Source: an uncultured Chitinophaga sp.
GTDB taxonomy: Bacteria > Bacteroidota > Bacteroidia > Chitinophagales > LD1
Assembly: GCA_964631835.1 (NCBI GenBank)
Contig: CAZWAD010000021.1
Location: forward strand, 271 to 64,270
Length of the DNA: 64,000 bases
Direction of reading: 5' to 3'
The stretch's first letter is position 1. Every line of letters starts with the position of its first letter. This document shows, piece after piece, positions 1 to 9,295 of the stretch. Position numbers and translations under genes: made by a program. Under the pieces are notes generated by a model. It did not search any database. It saw only the letters and a list, made by a program, of their open reading frames with translations, and was not told the origin of the DNA.

Positions 1-1355
1 GGATTGGGAGAAACAACTATTGATTTATTTTCCTCTTGCTCTTTAATTCCTGTGCTTGTTGGCGGAACAACATTTACATATACCAGGGTATTGGTTGTAC
101 GCATCAGGTAATAGTTGTTGCAGAATGTATCACTGCAACCGGTTGTGTCGGCAACAATGAGGCAAATGTTGTAAAGCCCTGCTGATGCATAAGTGTGGCT
201 TGGATAAGCCGCAGTATCTGAACTGCCGTCACCCCAGTCCCAGATGTATGTAAGGGACCCCGAGCCACTTGCCATGTTTATTGCAATATAATAGTGCGGG
301 GTTGAAGTATCAGGATAAAGACTAAAATAAGCCCGGCAATTGTTTGCATAGCATTGAGAGGAATCAAGCGGCATAAAATTGACAAGCCCAAAGTTGATAT
401 TATCGTAGCCATCGTAAATTTTTGAAGAAATGATCGCGGAGTCGGTTGTGCACCAATAATTGTTGGGATATAAACCGTTACTTCCAAAAGCGACATTGTA
501 TCTCAAATTATACAAAGCATTGTTGCAAATTCTGTTACAAGTAATTTGCTCCATTACTCCTTGAATTAAAATTCCGGTCGTGTTGTTCTCGATTACGTTT
601 TGAGTTATAGTATTTTCATCACCGCTAAAATTATTATAAACAGAATCAGTTATGCCTATCATACTGTTAGTTATTGTGCAATTGGAAACATCATTTCTGG
701 TATTAAGTCTAATTCCAAGTATATTCGAATCAATTACACAATTAGTTAATGTTGCATACGCATTAGATGCTACACCGATTTGATTATTCGATATAACGCT
801 ATTAGCCATTGCAAAACCATCACCAGAATTAATTGCAACATTGTTATTCTTGAATAAACAGGAGTTAATGGTAAAGAAGATTACCGATGAGGAAATTCCC
901 GTTACATTCCGACTAAAATTCGAATTAGTAATGAAAGCAGCGGTATCTTGACCTACATTAGAGTGAATTTTAAAAGCCATATTAGCATATTGGAAGTGGC
1001 AGTAGTTAAATCGTGATTTTGTCCCTCCATTTAAATTTAGATAAATCTCGCCCCAACTTCCAGGAAGAGGTGAACCCGAATTGCTCGTAAAAGTTATGGT
1101 ATCAGTACTCGTTCCAAGTGCTACAAGTTTGGATTGCCGCATTTCCAATCTCATATCATCATCAAACTTCACCACCACCCCCGGCTCAATCGTAAGCGTA
1201 ACTCCCGGAAAAACTACAACTGTATCAGTAACAATATACGGGCTGTTAGCCTTATACCAAGTAGTGTTTGCGTATATCCCTCCGCTTACATTGGTTTGCG
1301 CTTGCAGAGCGAAGCAAAAAATCAGTAGTGCGACTGTAAGTAGTTTTGTTTTCAT
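1..1355 (-). CDS. Secreted parallel beta-helix repeat protein with PKD-like domain, probable T9SS cargo (3' end runs off the left window edge)
   Basis: Absent from the ORF track because it is edge-truncated. Hand translation from the ATG at 1355 gives MKTKLLTVALLIFCFALQAQ (signal peptide). This is followed by repeated N/I/G-rich beta-helix-like units and a PKD-like segment (YIWDWGDGSSDTAAYPSHTYASAGLYNICLIVADTTGCSDT). The frame stays open to position 1 and ends ...SIVVSPN, like the start of a T9SS sorting domain. Confidence 0.75.
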   Translation of the reverse strand, partial: MKTKLLTVALLIFCFALQAQTNVSGGIYANTTWYKANSPYIVTDTVVVFPGVTLTIEPGVVVKFDDDMRLEMRQSKLVALGTSTDTITFTSNSGSPLPGSWGEIYLNLNGGTKSRFNYCHFQYANMAFKIHSNVGQDTAAFITNSNFSRNVTGISSSVIFFTINSCLFKNNNVAINSGDGFAMANSVISNNQIGVASNAYATLTNCVIDSNILGIRLNTRNDVSNCTITNSMIGITDSVYNNFSGDENTITQNVIENNTTGILIQGVMEQITCNRICNNALYNLRYNVAFGSNGLYPNNYWCTTDSAIISSKIYDGYDNINFGLVNFMPLDSSQCYANNCRAYFSLYPDTSTPHYYIAINMASGSGSLTYIWDWGDGSSDTAAYPSHTYASAGLYNICLIVADTTGCSDTFCNNYYLMRTTNTLVYVNVVPPTSTGIKEQEENKSIVVSPN

Positions 1356-1518
1356 GGTTTGTGATTTTAGCTCCCTAAAAATAACCAACCTTTCCTAACC
1401 CTGAAAACTTTATTGCATCTGCACTGCCATAGCCTTTTCCGTAACTCCTACGCTACCGATTTTTGCTCCCGGAGTGCCTCCGCACTTTCCGTGCTTACAC
1501 TTCCCGTACTCCAACTAC

Positions 1519-1764
1519 CATTTTATAATATACAGCGGCACTTTCCGTACAGAAAGTGGCGATTTATAACGTAAAACACCACTTGGAGTACGGCAATTGT
1601 TAATCTATAACATAAAATACCGGTTTGGGTAGACAAATTCTTAATCTATAACGTAAAACAGCAGTTGCGGTAAAAAAAGTGGTATTCTATAAATTAAAAC
1701 ACCGGTTTGGGTGCCGGAACAGGCAGTATATAAAATACAAAGGCGATTGGGGAAGGTAAAGCGG
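1519..1764. repeat. Array A: 6 degenerate tandem units of exactly 41 nt (consensus about taatCTATAACGTAAAACACCGGTTTGGGTA...AAAGTGG)
   Basis: The TATAA core occurs at 1524, 1565, 1606, 1647, 1688 and 1729, a constant 41-nt spacing. The units align without indels. The array lies in the divergent intergenic region upstream of CDS 1918-2904. Confidence 0.8.
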
Positions 1765-1917
1765 CAAAAAGAATAACCGGATTGTCATGGTTTTGTCATA
1801 AAACTTAAAAAGTGTAAAAAAACGCAATATCAAATAAACCTTTTGCGTTAAGGAGTCATCAAACCGATAAAAGAAAAAAATAAATGCAGCACGGCTACTT
1901 AACCAAAACAAAGTTTT

Positions 1918-2904
1918 ATGAGTACCGAAAGTCCGTGGAGGTATCGTATCAATACCTTCGAAGTAAACACCCGCAACAGCAACATAAAAATGCTGTCGCT
2001 TTCCACCGATACGCACGCCAAGCTGAAGGCTGAAGAAAGCAGCCCGGCTATTGCCGATATTCTCCTGATTTACGAACCGGTATTTTTCGCTTACCGCGAC
2101 CTCGACCAGCAGTACAAAGTGAAATCGGGCGAGTATGCCGGTACGACCACCGGTTTTGAAGAATACATGGAGCAGATGCCTCTTAAATTACGGCAATGGG
2201 AGAGTTTAATCCGTGCCGTGTATATTGAAGATTCACCTGAAGAAAGGGAAATTTTCCCGAACAAGCGCACTCCGTTCCTGGTTGGCACCTACGAAAATCG
2301 TTTAGATGCAGTTGGTGCATTGAAACTGAAAGTAGATGCCGATGCAGCATTGGCAACTGCAGCAGCCCAAATAACCAGTTTCTATAATGCATCTTTAGGT
2401 GCGCGATTAGTGCAGCAAACCAAAGAGGGCGCGCTGGGGCAAATAGGCGACCTGCGCGAAATTCAGCGGGTTATTTTATCGGAAGAACTGATGGGCGTAT
2501 TAGGTAAGCTGCTGTTTATTCACCGGCATAGTTTGGAAGAGGTGGAGCGTTACTTCGATTTATCGCTGCTGCGCGACACCGGTGATGCAGGCACCCTGGA
2601 AGTCGAAGACGATGTGGCTTCGGCAATGATTAAAAACATTGTGCTGGGAGATATAAACCCTTCGGCTGAAACGATGGTGATGTTTGAAATAACCGGTTCT
2701 ACGCTCAGGTTTTACTTTTCGCCCAATGCAGGTGATGCACCGGGGCCTGTATTTTATGAACGCGCACCGGGCACCACTACCATTACTATTGCCGAGTTTT
2801 CAACCTTACTCGGTTTTAGCGAAGGTGTTAACACAAAGCTAAACGTGCAGAATACCGGTGGAGCAAACGGGCATTACAAGATTACGTTCACCAAACTGCT
2901 TTAA
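1918..2904 (+). CDS. Hypothetical protein (orphan, no signal peptide) downstream of array A
   Basis: 328-aa ORF followed by a strong intrinsic terminator. I recognise no family motif. The start could alternatively be the Met at 1990. Confidence 0.65.
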   Translation: MSTESPWRYRINTFEVNTRNSNIKMLSLSTDTHAKLKAEESSPAIADILLIYEPVFFAYRDLDQQYKVKSGEYAGTTTGFEEYMEQMPLKLRQWESLIRAVYIEDSPEEREIFPNKRTPFLVGTYENRLDAVGALKLKVDADAALATAAAQITSFYNASLGARLVQQTKEGALGQIGDLREIQRVILSEELMGVLGKLLFIHRHSLEEVERYFDLSLLRDTGDAGTLEVEDDVASAMIKNIVLGDINPSAETMVMFEITGSTLRFYFSPNAGDAPGPVFYERAPGTTTITIAEFSTLLGFSEGVNTKLNVQNTGGANGHYKITFTKLL

Positions 2905-2934
2905 GCAGTTTATGTCATTCACTCGTTCAGCAAA

Positions 2935-2965
2935 CCCCGCTTCGAGGAACGGAGCGGGGTTTTTT
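2935..2965 (+). terminator. Rho-independent terminator of CDS 1918-2904
   Basis: CCCCGCT...AGCGGGG stem followed by TTTTTT. Confidence 0.75.
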
Positions 2966-2972
2966 ATGAAAT

Positions 2973-3001
2973 AAAAAAAGCCCGATGAAAATTCATCGGG
3001 C
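2973..3001 (-). terminator. Rho-independent terminator of tuf
   Basis: On the minus strand, a GCCCGATGA-ATTT-TCATCGGGC hairpin followed by TTTTTTT, 35 nt after the tuf stop codon. Confidence 0.8.
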
Positions 3002-3036
3002 TTCGTATTTTAATCTTCTCCTTTAGGAGAGAAGGA

Positions 3037-4236
3037 TTACTTCAAAATTTCAGTTACCTGACCGGCACCTACGGTTCTTCCGCCCTCGCGAATCGCAAAG
3101 CGAAGACCTTTTTCCATGGCAATGGGGTAAATAAGCTTGGTGGTAAGTGTTACGTTATCACCGGGCATTACCATTTCAACGCCTGCCGGAAGAGTGATTT
3201 CACCGGTAACGTCAGTAGTGCGGAAATAGAACTGCGGGCGGTACTGGTTGAAGAAAGGAGTGTGACGTCCGCCTTCTTCTTTGTTCAATACGTAAACCTC
3301 GCATTTGAATTCAGTATGCGGAGTTACCGAGCCGGGTTTGCAAACCACCATGCCGCGCTTGATTTGCTCCTTCTCGATACCGCGCAGCAGAAGCCCTACG
3401 TTGTCGCCTGCTTCGCCACGGTCAAGAATTTTGCGGAACATTTCCACACCGGTTACAGTAGATGTTTGAGCTTTTTCGCCCTCTTTCTGCAAGCCGATAA
3501 TTTCAACCGGGTCGTTGGAGTTGATTACTCCTCTTTCAATACGTCCTGTAGCCACAGTTCCGCGGCCGGTAATAGAGAAAACATCCTCAACCGGCATCAG
3601 GAAAGGCTTGTCAACATCGCGGGGAGGAACCGGAATCCAGCTATCAACGGCATCCATCAAATCTTCAATAGCTTTTACACCGGCAGGGTCGCCATTCAAA
3701 CCGCCCAGGGCAGAACCTTTGATGATAGGAATGTTTGCGCCATCGAATTTGTAGAAAGTAAGCAGGTCGCGGATTTCCATTTCGCCCAGTTCAAGAAACT
3801 CGGGGTCGTCAACCAGGTCAACTTTATTCATGAACACCACAATTTGAGGAACACCTACCTGGCGTGCCAAAAGAATGTGCTCGCGGGTTTGCGGCATAGG
3901 ACCATCGGTAGCAGCTACCACCAGTATAGCTCCGTCCATTTGCGCGGCACCTGTAACCATGTTTTTGATATAGTCAGCGTGGCCGGGGCAGTCAACGTGG
4001 GCATAGTGGCGGTTAGCCGTAGCATATTCCACGTGAGCGGTATTAATGGTAATACCTCTTTCTTTTTCCTCGGGGGCGTTATCAATCGAAGAGTAATCGC
4101 GCACCTCGGCAAGTCCTTTCTTTGAAAGCACCGTTGTAATAGCGGCAGTCAAAGTTGTTTTACCGTGGTCAACGTGACCTATAGTTCCGATGTTTACGTG
4201 CGGCTTGTCCTTAATAAATTTTTCTTTAGTAGCCAT
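3037..4236 (-). CDS. tuf: Translation elongation factor Tu
   Basis: 399-aa ORF with [18 protein letters not shown] and NKVD G-domain motifs. The sequence is EF-Tu-like over its full length. Confidence 0.98.
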   Translation of the reverse strand: MATKEKFIKDKPHVNIGTIGHVDHGKTTLTAAITTVLSKKGLAEVRDYSSIDNAPEEKERGITINTAHVEYATANRHYAHVDCPGHADYIKNMVTGAAQMDGAILVVAATDGPMPQTREHILLARQVGVPQIVVFMNKVDLVDDPEFLELGEMEIRDLLTFYKFDGANIPIIKGSALGGLNGDPAGVKAIEDLMDAVDSWIPVPPRDVDKPFLMPVEDVFSITGRGTVATGRIERGVINSNDPVEIIGLQKEGEKAQTSTVTGVEMFRKILDRGEAGDNVGLLLRGIEKEQIKRGMVVCKPGSVTPHTEFKCEVYVLNKEEGGRHTPFFNQYRPQFYFRTTDVTGEITLPAGVEMVMPGDNVTLTTKLIYPIAMEKGLRFAIREGGRTVGAGQVTEILK

Positions 4237-4327
4237 TGTTACTGGTTTTAATTGAGTGTTTAATGTTTATTGAATTGTTTACTGTTTACTTTTTAAAAAA
4301 TACAAATCTTAATTCCAAAATATCCTG

Positions 4328-4399
<72 letters not shown>

Positions 4400-4436
4400 T
4401 TGTTAAGAAGCGGACTCATCAACCTCTTAATTTCTG

Positions 4437-4509
4437 AGCGGGAGACGAGGCTCGAACCCGCGACCTACAGCTTGGAAGGCTGTCGCTCTACCAACTGAGC
4501 TACTCCCGC
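4437..4509 (-). tRNA. tRNA-Gly (anticodon TCC)
   Basis: Acceptor GCGGGAG/CTCCCGC, D arm GCTC-AGTTGGTA-GAGC, anticodon loop CTTCCAA, T loop TTCGAGC. Confidence 0.9.
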
Positions 4510-4552
4510 AAATTATTCTGCCTCTGTATTATTCCCACCCGAAAATTAAGTG

Positions 4553-4635
4553 TGGGGAGATCAGGATTCGAACCTGAGAACTCGTAAGAGGACAGATTTA
4601 CAGTCTGTTGTCGTTGGCCACTTGACTATCTCCCC
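4553..4635 (-). tRNA. tRNA-Tyr (anticodon GTA), long variable arm
   Basis: Acceptor GGGGAGA/TCTCCCC, anticodon arm ACAGA-CTGTAAA-TCTGT, perfect T arm TCAGG-TTCGAAT-CCTGA. Confidence 0.92.
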
Positions 4636-4726
4636 CTTTAATTTTTAAAGGCGAATCTTCAAAGAACACTTCTCATCTTCTTCCGCTTTGCCTTCAACAG
4701 GTAATAAACCGGAAGACATCTGTTTG

Positions 4727-4799
4727 AGCCCGAGGATGGATTCGAACCTCCGACCTGCTGATTACAAATCAGCTGCTCTACCAACTGAGCTACTCGGGC
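4727..4799 (-). tRNA. tRNA-Thr (anticodon TGT)
   Basis: Acceptor GCCCGAG/CTCGGGC, anticodon arm GCTGA-TTTGTAA-TCAGC, T loop TTCGAAT. The T stem has one A-A mismatch. It is the first gene of the Thr-Tyr-Gly-Thr-tuf unit. Confidence 0.88.
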
Positions 4800-4943
4800 T
4801 TATTATATCTCTTTCACCCCTGACTTTCCCGATACCATCGGAATGCTCTGCCAGTTACTCGGGCTTATTAAAAACAATCGTTTTGCAACTGCTTTTTATC
4901 TATATAAAATACAATGAACAAGCCCATTCGCAAAAACGGGACG

Positions 4944-4973
4944 CAAATCTAAACAGTTAATTTAATTTTCAAA
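4944..4973 (-). promoter_or_regulatory. Candidate Bacteroidota sigma-A promoter for the tRNA-tuf unit
   Basis: The minus strand reads TTTG-(18 nt)-TAGATTTG, which matches the -33 TTTG / -7 TAnnTTTG consensus. Confidence 0.45.
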
Positions 4974-5017
4974 AAGAAGGAAAAATAACGCGGGAACAGG
5001 ATTTAATGCGCGAAGAT

Positions 5018-5045
5018 AAAAAAAAGGCGGAAATCGTTTTCCGCC
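5018..5045 (-). terminator. Rho-independent terminator of hpf
   Basis: Minus strand: GGCGGAAA-ACGA-TTTCCGCC followed by a T8 tract. Confidence 0.8.
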
Positions 5046-5057
5046 TTTTTCTGTATT

Positions 5058-5357
5058 TCAGTAAGCCCTGAATTTTGCTTTTTGTTTTTTAAGCTGACCG
5101 GCTAATGTCTGTATTGCCAGGTCGGTGCTTTCTTCAAACGTTTTTGAGGTTTTGGCTACGAAAAGTGTTTTCCCCGGGACATGAACCTTAACTTCAACAA
5201 CCTTGTCTTTCACACTCTGCTTCGATTCCATTTTCAGAAATACCTCCGCCTCAACAATACGGTCAAAAAAGGTTTCGAGTTTGGAAAGTTTTTTGTTGAT
5301 ATAATCAACAAGCTGGGATGATGCATCAAAATGCACCGGATTAATTACAACATTCAT
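5058..5357 (-). CDS. hpf: Ribosome hibernation/ribosome-associated inhibitor factor (short HPF/RaiA family)
   Basis: The ORF 5058-5420 was trimmed to the internal ATG at 5357 (MNVVINPVHFDAS...). The length is about 100 aa and the layout is S30EA/YfiA-like. The position between the Xer-like gene and the tRNA-tuf unit fits this call. Confidence 0.8.
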   Translation of the reverse strand: MNVVINPVHFDASSQLVDYINKKLSKLETFFDRIVEAEVFLKMESKQSVKDKVVEVKVHVPGKTLFVAKTSKTFEESTDLAIQTLAGQLKKQKAKFRAY

Positions 5358-5513
5358 AAAGAACAAATTTATAGGGTTAGAAAATAATTTTCGCAGTTCT
5401 AAGTTAATCAGATATTTCAAAACTATAAAGCGGGTTACGATTTTTTTTGAAAAAAGTTTTCAGAAAAAACTTTCTCATTAAATAACGAACGGAAAAGGAA
5501 AAGATTTTTCGCC

Positions 5514-6398
5514 TTAGGCTTTTGGATGCGCCTGTTTATAGATATTTTTCAATTTATCTATGGTATTGTGAGTATAAACCTGTGTAGCTGCCAGGCTTGA
5601 ATGGCCTAAAAGCTCTTTGACTGCATTTATATCTGCCCCGTTATTCATCAGGTGGGTGGCAAAAGTATGGCGCAGGGTATGGGGGCTTTTTTTATCAACG
5701 GTAGTCACCAGATTCAGATATTTCTTAACTGTAGTGTAGGCGAATGCTGCCTGAAGTTTTTTACCCTTTTCGCTTACTAACAGAAAACTTCCTTCCTGTT
5801 CCGGTACGTTTTTTTTCTTCTCAGCAATGAATTTTTTAATTGAGTTTGTCAGCTCTGTATGAATAGGAATAATACGCTCCTTACTGCCTTTCCCCAAAAC
5901 CTTTATTTGCGAGCTATAGGAATCAAAGTCGGTTTCCTTCAGGTTGATTAGTTCGCTTCTTCGTATTCCGGTTCCGTAAAAGAGTTCAATCAGCATTTTA
6001 TCGAGCAGCCCTTCGTAACCTGCCGGAAACTCAATTTCCTTCAAAAGCCTGTCAATTCCTGTTAGCTCTACAAAAACCGGTAGCCGCTTAGATGTTTTCG
6101 GAGTTTGTACTTTTGCCAAAGGGTTCTTCTTAATGTGGCCCCTGCGCAGCGAAAATTTGTAAAAAGATTTCAACGCTGATACTTTCCGGTTTACCGAGCG
6201 GGCGGTAATTTTTTGTTCCATCATGCTCACTATCCAGTTTCGGATATCAGTGTGTGTGGCTTCGCTCAGCTGTTTTTCATAAGATTTCAGGAAAGAAGCA
6301 AACTGAGAAAGGTCGTTGCGGTACGACTCCAGTGTATGACGGGAGTATCGCCTTTCAAATTCAAGGTAATTGAAAAAGGATTGGGCTTCGGGTAACAT
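5514..6398 (-). CDS. Tyrosine-type site-specific recombinase (XerC/XerD-like)
   Basis: 294 aa with an N-terminal SAM-like core-binding domain ([23 protein letters not shown]). The C-terminal catalytic residues are in typical context ([38 protein letters not shown]). Confidence 0.88.
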   Translation of the reverse strand: MLPEAQSFFNYLEFERRYSRHTLESYRNDLSQFASFLKSYEKQLSEATHTDIRNWIVSMMEQKITARSVNRKVSALKSFYKFSLRRGHIKKNPLAKVQTPKTSKRLPVFVELTGIDRLLKEIEFPAGYEGLLDKMLIELFYGTGIRRSELINLKETDFDSYSSQIKVLGKGSKERIIPIHTELTNSIKKFIAEKKKNVPEQEGSFLLVSEKGKKLQAAFAYTTVKKYLNLVTTVDKKSPHTLRHTFATHLMNNGADINAVKELLGHSSLAATQVYTHNTIDKLKNIYKQAHPKA

Positions 6399-6488
6399 TC
6401 TTCAAAGGTAAACGCGTAAAGGATGTTTTGATTGCACATTTCAACCCTCCGGAAGTAATATGGACATTTTCAGAAATCAAACCGGCAT

Positions 6489-6521
6489 AAAAAACAAAAC
6501 CCCCGAAGTTATTTCCGGGGG
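6489..6521 (-). terminator. Rho-independent terminator of CDS 6544-8478
   Basis: Minus strand: CCCCCGGAAATAACTTCGGGGG followed by TTTTGTTTTTT. Confidence 0.75.
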
Positions 6522-6543
6522 TTGTAAAAGCTTTAAGCAAGAA

Positions 6544-8478
6544 TTATCTGCTTATGGTGATCCTCTTTATAGCTAATTTTTCCGCGGTTTGAACTTTAAC
6601 TAAGTAAGTTCCGTTGCTCAGGTCGCTGAAGTCGAATGTTTTGGTGAATACCGAATTAACATCGCCTGCTCTGAAGGTTTTTACTTCGGAACCGATAATG
6701 TTGTATACGCGAACAGTAATGTTCCTTTCAACTCCATTTACTGTCATGGTAAAGTTACCGTTACTGGGGTTAGGCTGAAGCGTAATAGCGTTATCAAAAG
6801 AAACATCGTCTATACCACTGCCGGTGCAGAGAGCATTAGTTGCAGCCAATACGTTGACAGTACGGGAGAATGAAAACTTGCAGTTAGCGCTATCCATGGT
6901 AAGTTTTACAGTATACTGGCCAGGAGAAGCATAAGTATAGTTAGCATCGGTAGTATTTACCAAATCTCCGTTGCCCATGTCCCAAAGTGAAGTCCATGGC
7001 GAGGTTGAGTATTGTGAAGTATTGGTATAGGTTTTAGATTGATTCTGGCAAACCGGTGTGGTATAAGTAAAGTTAACCGCATTAGCTACACCGCCCGGAT
7101 AAGAAACCGGAACGCTTACTGAAGCCGAACATCCCGAGTTATTGGTAACAGTAACACTATAAGTTCCGGCTGTGTTAACATTAACAGAAAGGGTCGTACC
7201 GCCAGTACTCCAGGCGTACGTTCTGCCTGACTGGTTACCGCTGGTTTGAGCCACAAGGGTAGTTGAAGCCCCACAGTTAAGAGTAACCGGGTTAGGAGTT
7301 ACAGAAACGCCTATACCTCTGGAGGTAATGTTTATAGTAGCTGTAGTTGTTGCATTAGTAGCATCGGTAACGGTAACGGTAACTGTTGTTGATTGGTCAA
7401 CAATCAGGGAAACGTTTTGATCGGTCGTAGAACTCAAAGTTCCGCTTCCGGTACTCCACTGATAGGTAAAAGGTGTTGCAGTTGAGCCGAATCCAAATGC
7501 GTTAAGGTTGAGCACCGTACCCGGGCAACCGGTTACAGAGTCGGCAGTAATAGCGGCACTGTACTGAACATCGGCAGTAATCCAGGGATAAATCCACCAG
7601 TTTTGTGCCGTCCACTGATTGCAAAGCGGGTCGCAGTTAAACTGAATAGAGTTAATTCCGGAAATATTTTGTCCGCCTCCTGTAATAGCATTGATATAAT
7701 ATAGGCTATTAGGTAAACCATTTGGATTGTTAGCTGCAGATTCTGCTGCTACACATGCATTAGCGCAATCATCGCGGAAACCGGCTTGTAAGAAGAACTT
7801 ATTCGCTGTGTCTCCCGAAAAATCTACCCGTATTCCAAAAGTTTCGCCAAGGTTGTAGGCAATATTAGGATACAATGTAATTCCAGTCCAGGTTGGAGTT
7901 CCTCCGTTATTTACGTTTAAAGGAATTTGCGTATTAGTTACTATCAGAGTATCCCAACGGGTAGGAGTTACCAATACTGCAGTAGGCCCGCTACCTGTAA
8001 TATTGAGCTGAGACCGGTCAAAAATGGTTATCCGGATAGAGTCGGGATTGTTAGTGGTATGTGTGTGAATGAAATAAAGATCAACACTATCAACCGTTAG
8101 AGTAGTTTTAGCTCTTGGGAAAAACGTAGGCATATTACTGCCATCCAAGTAAAGGATAGAATCATAAACCTGGGCGGCATATTTATGTGTAAAGGTTGAA
8201 GAGTTCGGATAACGGTTATTAATATCCAGAGTAGGGTCGTAGTAAAAATCAGTTCCTATGGCTGTGGCATATGCATCATCCACACCGGCATAGTCAATCA
8301 TAACAGCCGAAACCGAGTTTCTGTTGCCTTGCTGAGCTTGTTTTTTAGGGAACGAAATAACTTTTTTAGGAGAGTGAGTCCTGGTGTACTCGCTTTTGTC
8401 AATACCTGCCTGTGGTTGCTGTGCATATACCACTCCAAGGGCAATCAACAAGGAGAATAAAGTAGAAACCTTTTTCAT
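6544..8478 (-). CDS. Secreted T9SS cargo protein with Ig/PKD-like repeats
   Basis: Signal peptide MKKVSTLFSLLIALGVVYAQ, a PKD-like segment (WDMGNGD...YTYASPGQYTVKLTM) and a C-terminal Por-secretion-tail-like domain (LQPNPSNGNFTMTV...GTYLVKVQT). Confidence 0.85.
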   Translation of the reverse strand: MKKVSTLFSLLIALGVVYAQQPQAGIDKSEYTRTHSPKKVISFPKKQAQQGNRNSVSAVMIDYAGVDDAYATAIGTDFYYDPTLDINNRYPNSSTFTHKYAAQVYDSILYLDGSNMPTFFPRAKTTLTVDSVDLYFIHTHTTNNPDSIRITIFDRSQLNITGSGPTAVLVTPTRWDTLIVTNTQIPLNVNNGGTPTWTGITLYPNIAYNLGETFGIRVDFSGDTANKFFLQAGFRDDCANACVAAESAANNPNGLPNSLYYINAITGGGQNISGINSIQFNCDPLCNQWTAQNWWIYPWITADVQYSAAITADSVTGCPGTVLNLNAFGFGSTATPFTYQWSTGSGTLSSTTDQNVSLIVDQSTTVTVTVTDATNATTTATINITSRGIGVSVTPNPVTLNCGASTTLVAQTSGNQSGRTYAWSTGGTTLSVNVNTAGTYSVTVTNNSGCSASVSVPVSYPGGVANAVNFTYTTPVCQNQSKTYTNTSQYSTSPWTSLWDMGNGDLVNTTDANYTYASPGQYTVKLTMDSANCKFSFSRTVNVLAATNALCTGSGIDDVSFDNAITLQPNPSNGNFTMTVNGVERNITVRVYNIIGSEVKTFRAGDVNSVFTKTFDFSDLSNGTYLVKVQTAEKLAIKRITISR

Positions 8479-8552
8479 AGAGAGCCGTTTTATTGTTTTT
8501 GTTTAATTAAATAATTGTTGAGTAAAAATAGCCGTTTTACTTATAAGGGACG

Positions 8553-8583
8553 CAAATCAAACCAAAAAAGTGGCGTTTTCAAA
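8553..8583 (-). promoter_or_regulatory. Candidate promoter of CDS 6544-8478
   Basis: The minus strand reads TTTG-(19 nt)-TTGATTTGCGTCCC. The -7 region is nearly identical to the tRNA-tuf promoter box (TAGATTTGCGTCCC). Confidence 0.35.
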
Positions 8584-8616
8584 AAAATATGACAATATTA
8601 TGACAAAAGTCCCCCT

Positions 8617-9192
8617 TTAAGCTTTCTCTCCTTTATAAAAACAGGTTCGGCATCGGGGTTCGTAGTTTTCTTTTTCGCCCAAAAGAATCTTGCTTTTCTC
8701 AGCTGAAGTACGGTACGAGAAGTGGGCAATGTCGCCACACTTTACACAAATTGCGTGTACCTTGGTAATATAATCAGCTATAGATAAAAGCTGGGGAATA
8801 GGGCCGAAAGGCTTGCCTTCAAAATCCATATCAAGTCCTGCAACTATTACCCGGATGCCTGTTTGTGCCAGCTGTTCGCAAACATTGGGCAGTTCCATGT
8901 CCATAAACTGTGCTTCGTCAATACCAACAACTTCATTCCCCTGTGCCAGTAAAAGAATATTTTCAGAATGAGTAACCGGTGTGGAGCGAATAGAGTTAGA
9001 GTCATGAGAAACTACTTTGACCACATCGTAGCGGTTGTCCACCGAGGGTTTAAAAATCTCTACTTTCTTATTGGCGATATGCGCCCGTTTCAGCCTCCTG
9101 ATAAGTTCTTCGGTTTTACCCGAAAACATAGAACCGCAAACCACTTCAATCCATCCTTTTCGCTCGTGCCCGCTTAATGGTTCAATAAACAT
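8617..9192 (-). CDS. tdk: Thymidine kinase
   Basis: [12 protein letters not shown]-loop, C-terminal zinc-binding cysteines (CVKCG...CRTC). The start was moved to the Met of [17 protein letters not shown]. Confidence 0.9.
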   Translation of the reverse strand: MFIEPLSGHERKGWIEVVCGSMFSGKTEELIRRLKRAHIANKKVEIFKPSVDNRYDVVKVVSHDSNSIRSTPVTHSENILLLAQGNEVVGIDEAQFMDMELPNVCEQLAQTGIRVIVAGLDMDFEGKPFGPIPQLLSIADYITKVHAICVKCGDIAHFSYRTSAEKSKILLGEKENYEPRCRTCFYKGEKA

Positions 9193-9295
9193 ATTAAATG
9201 GCTCTGTTTGTCGTTTATTCAATAGCGGCTGTTCAAAACTCGACAGGCGCACGTGTTAATTCCGGCTAAATTTGTTTCACGAAATAAAAATCCGA

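Noticed and set aside
1884-2033. 49-aa ORF from the ATG at 1884, preceded by AAGGAG (1851-1856), out of frame with CDS 1918-2904.
   Set aside because: It is short, Q/H/K-rich and overlaps the longer ORF. Shine-Dalgarno use is weak in Bacteroidota. No support beyond the start context.
3262-4125. 287-aa plus-strand ORF antisense to tuf, and other long antisense ORFs (27997-28494, 35522-35980, 41633-42133, 43638-44270, 47329-47910, 53792-54295, 56493-56999).
   Set aside because: Each lies entirely within a well-supported gene on the opposite strand. All have low-complexity or biased composition typical of antisense frames, and none has a recognisable motif.
4727-6398. Tyrosine recombinase next to a tRNA cluster as the signature of an integrated mobile element.
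   Set aside because: The recombinase has a Xer-type N-terminus. As far as I recall, the xer-hpf-tRNA-tuf order is a conserved housekeeping arrangement in Bacteroidota. The duplicated tRNA fragment is a 5' piece, not a 3' att-type piece, and no cargo genes are present.
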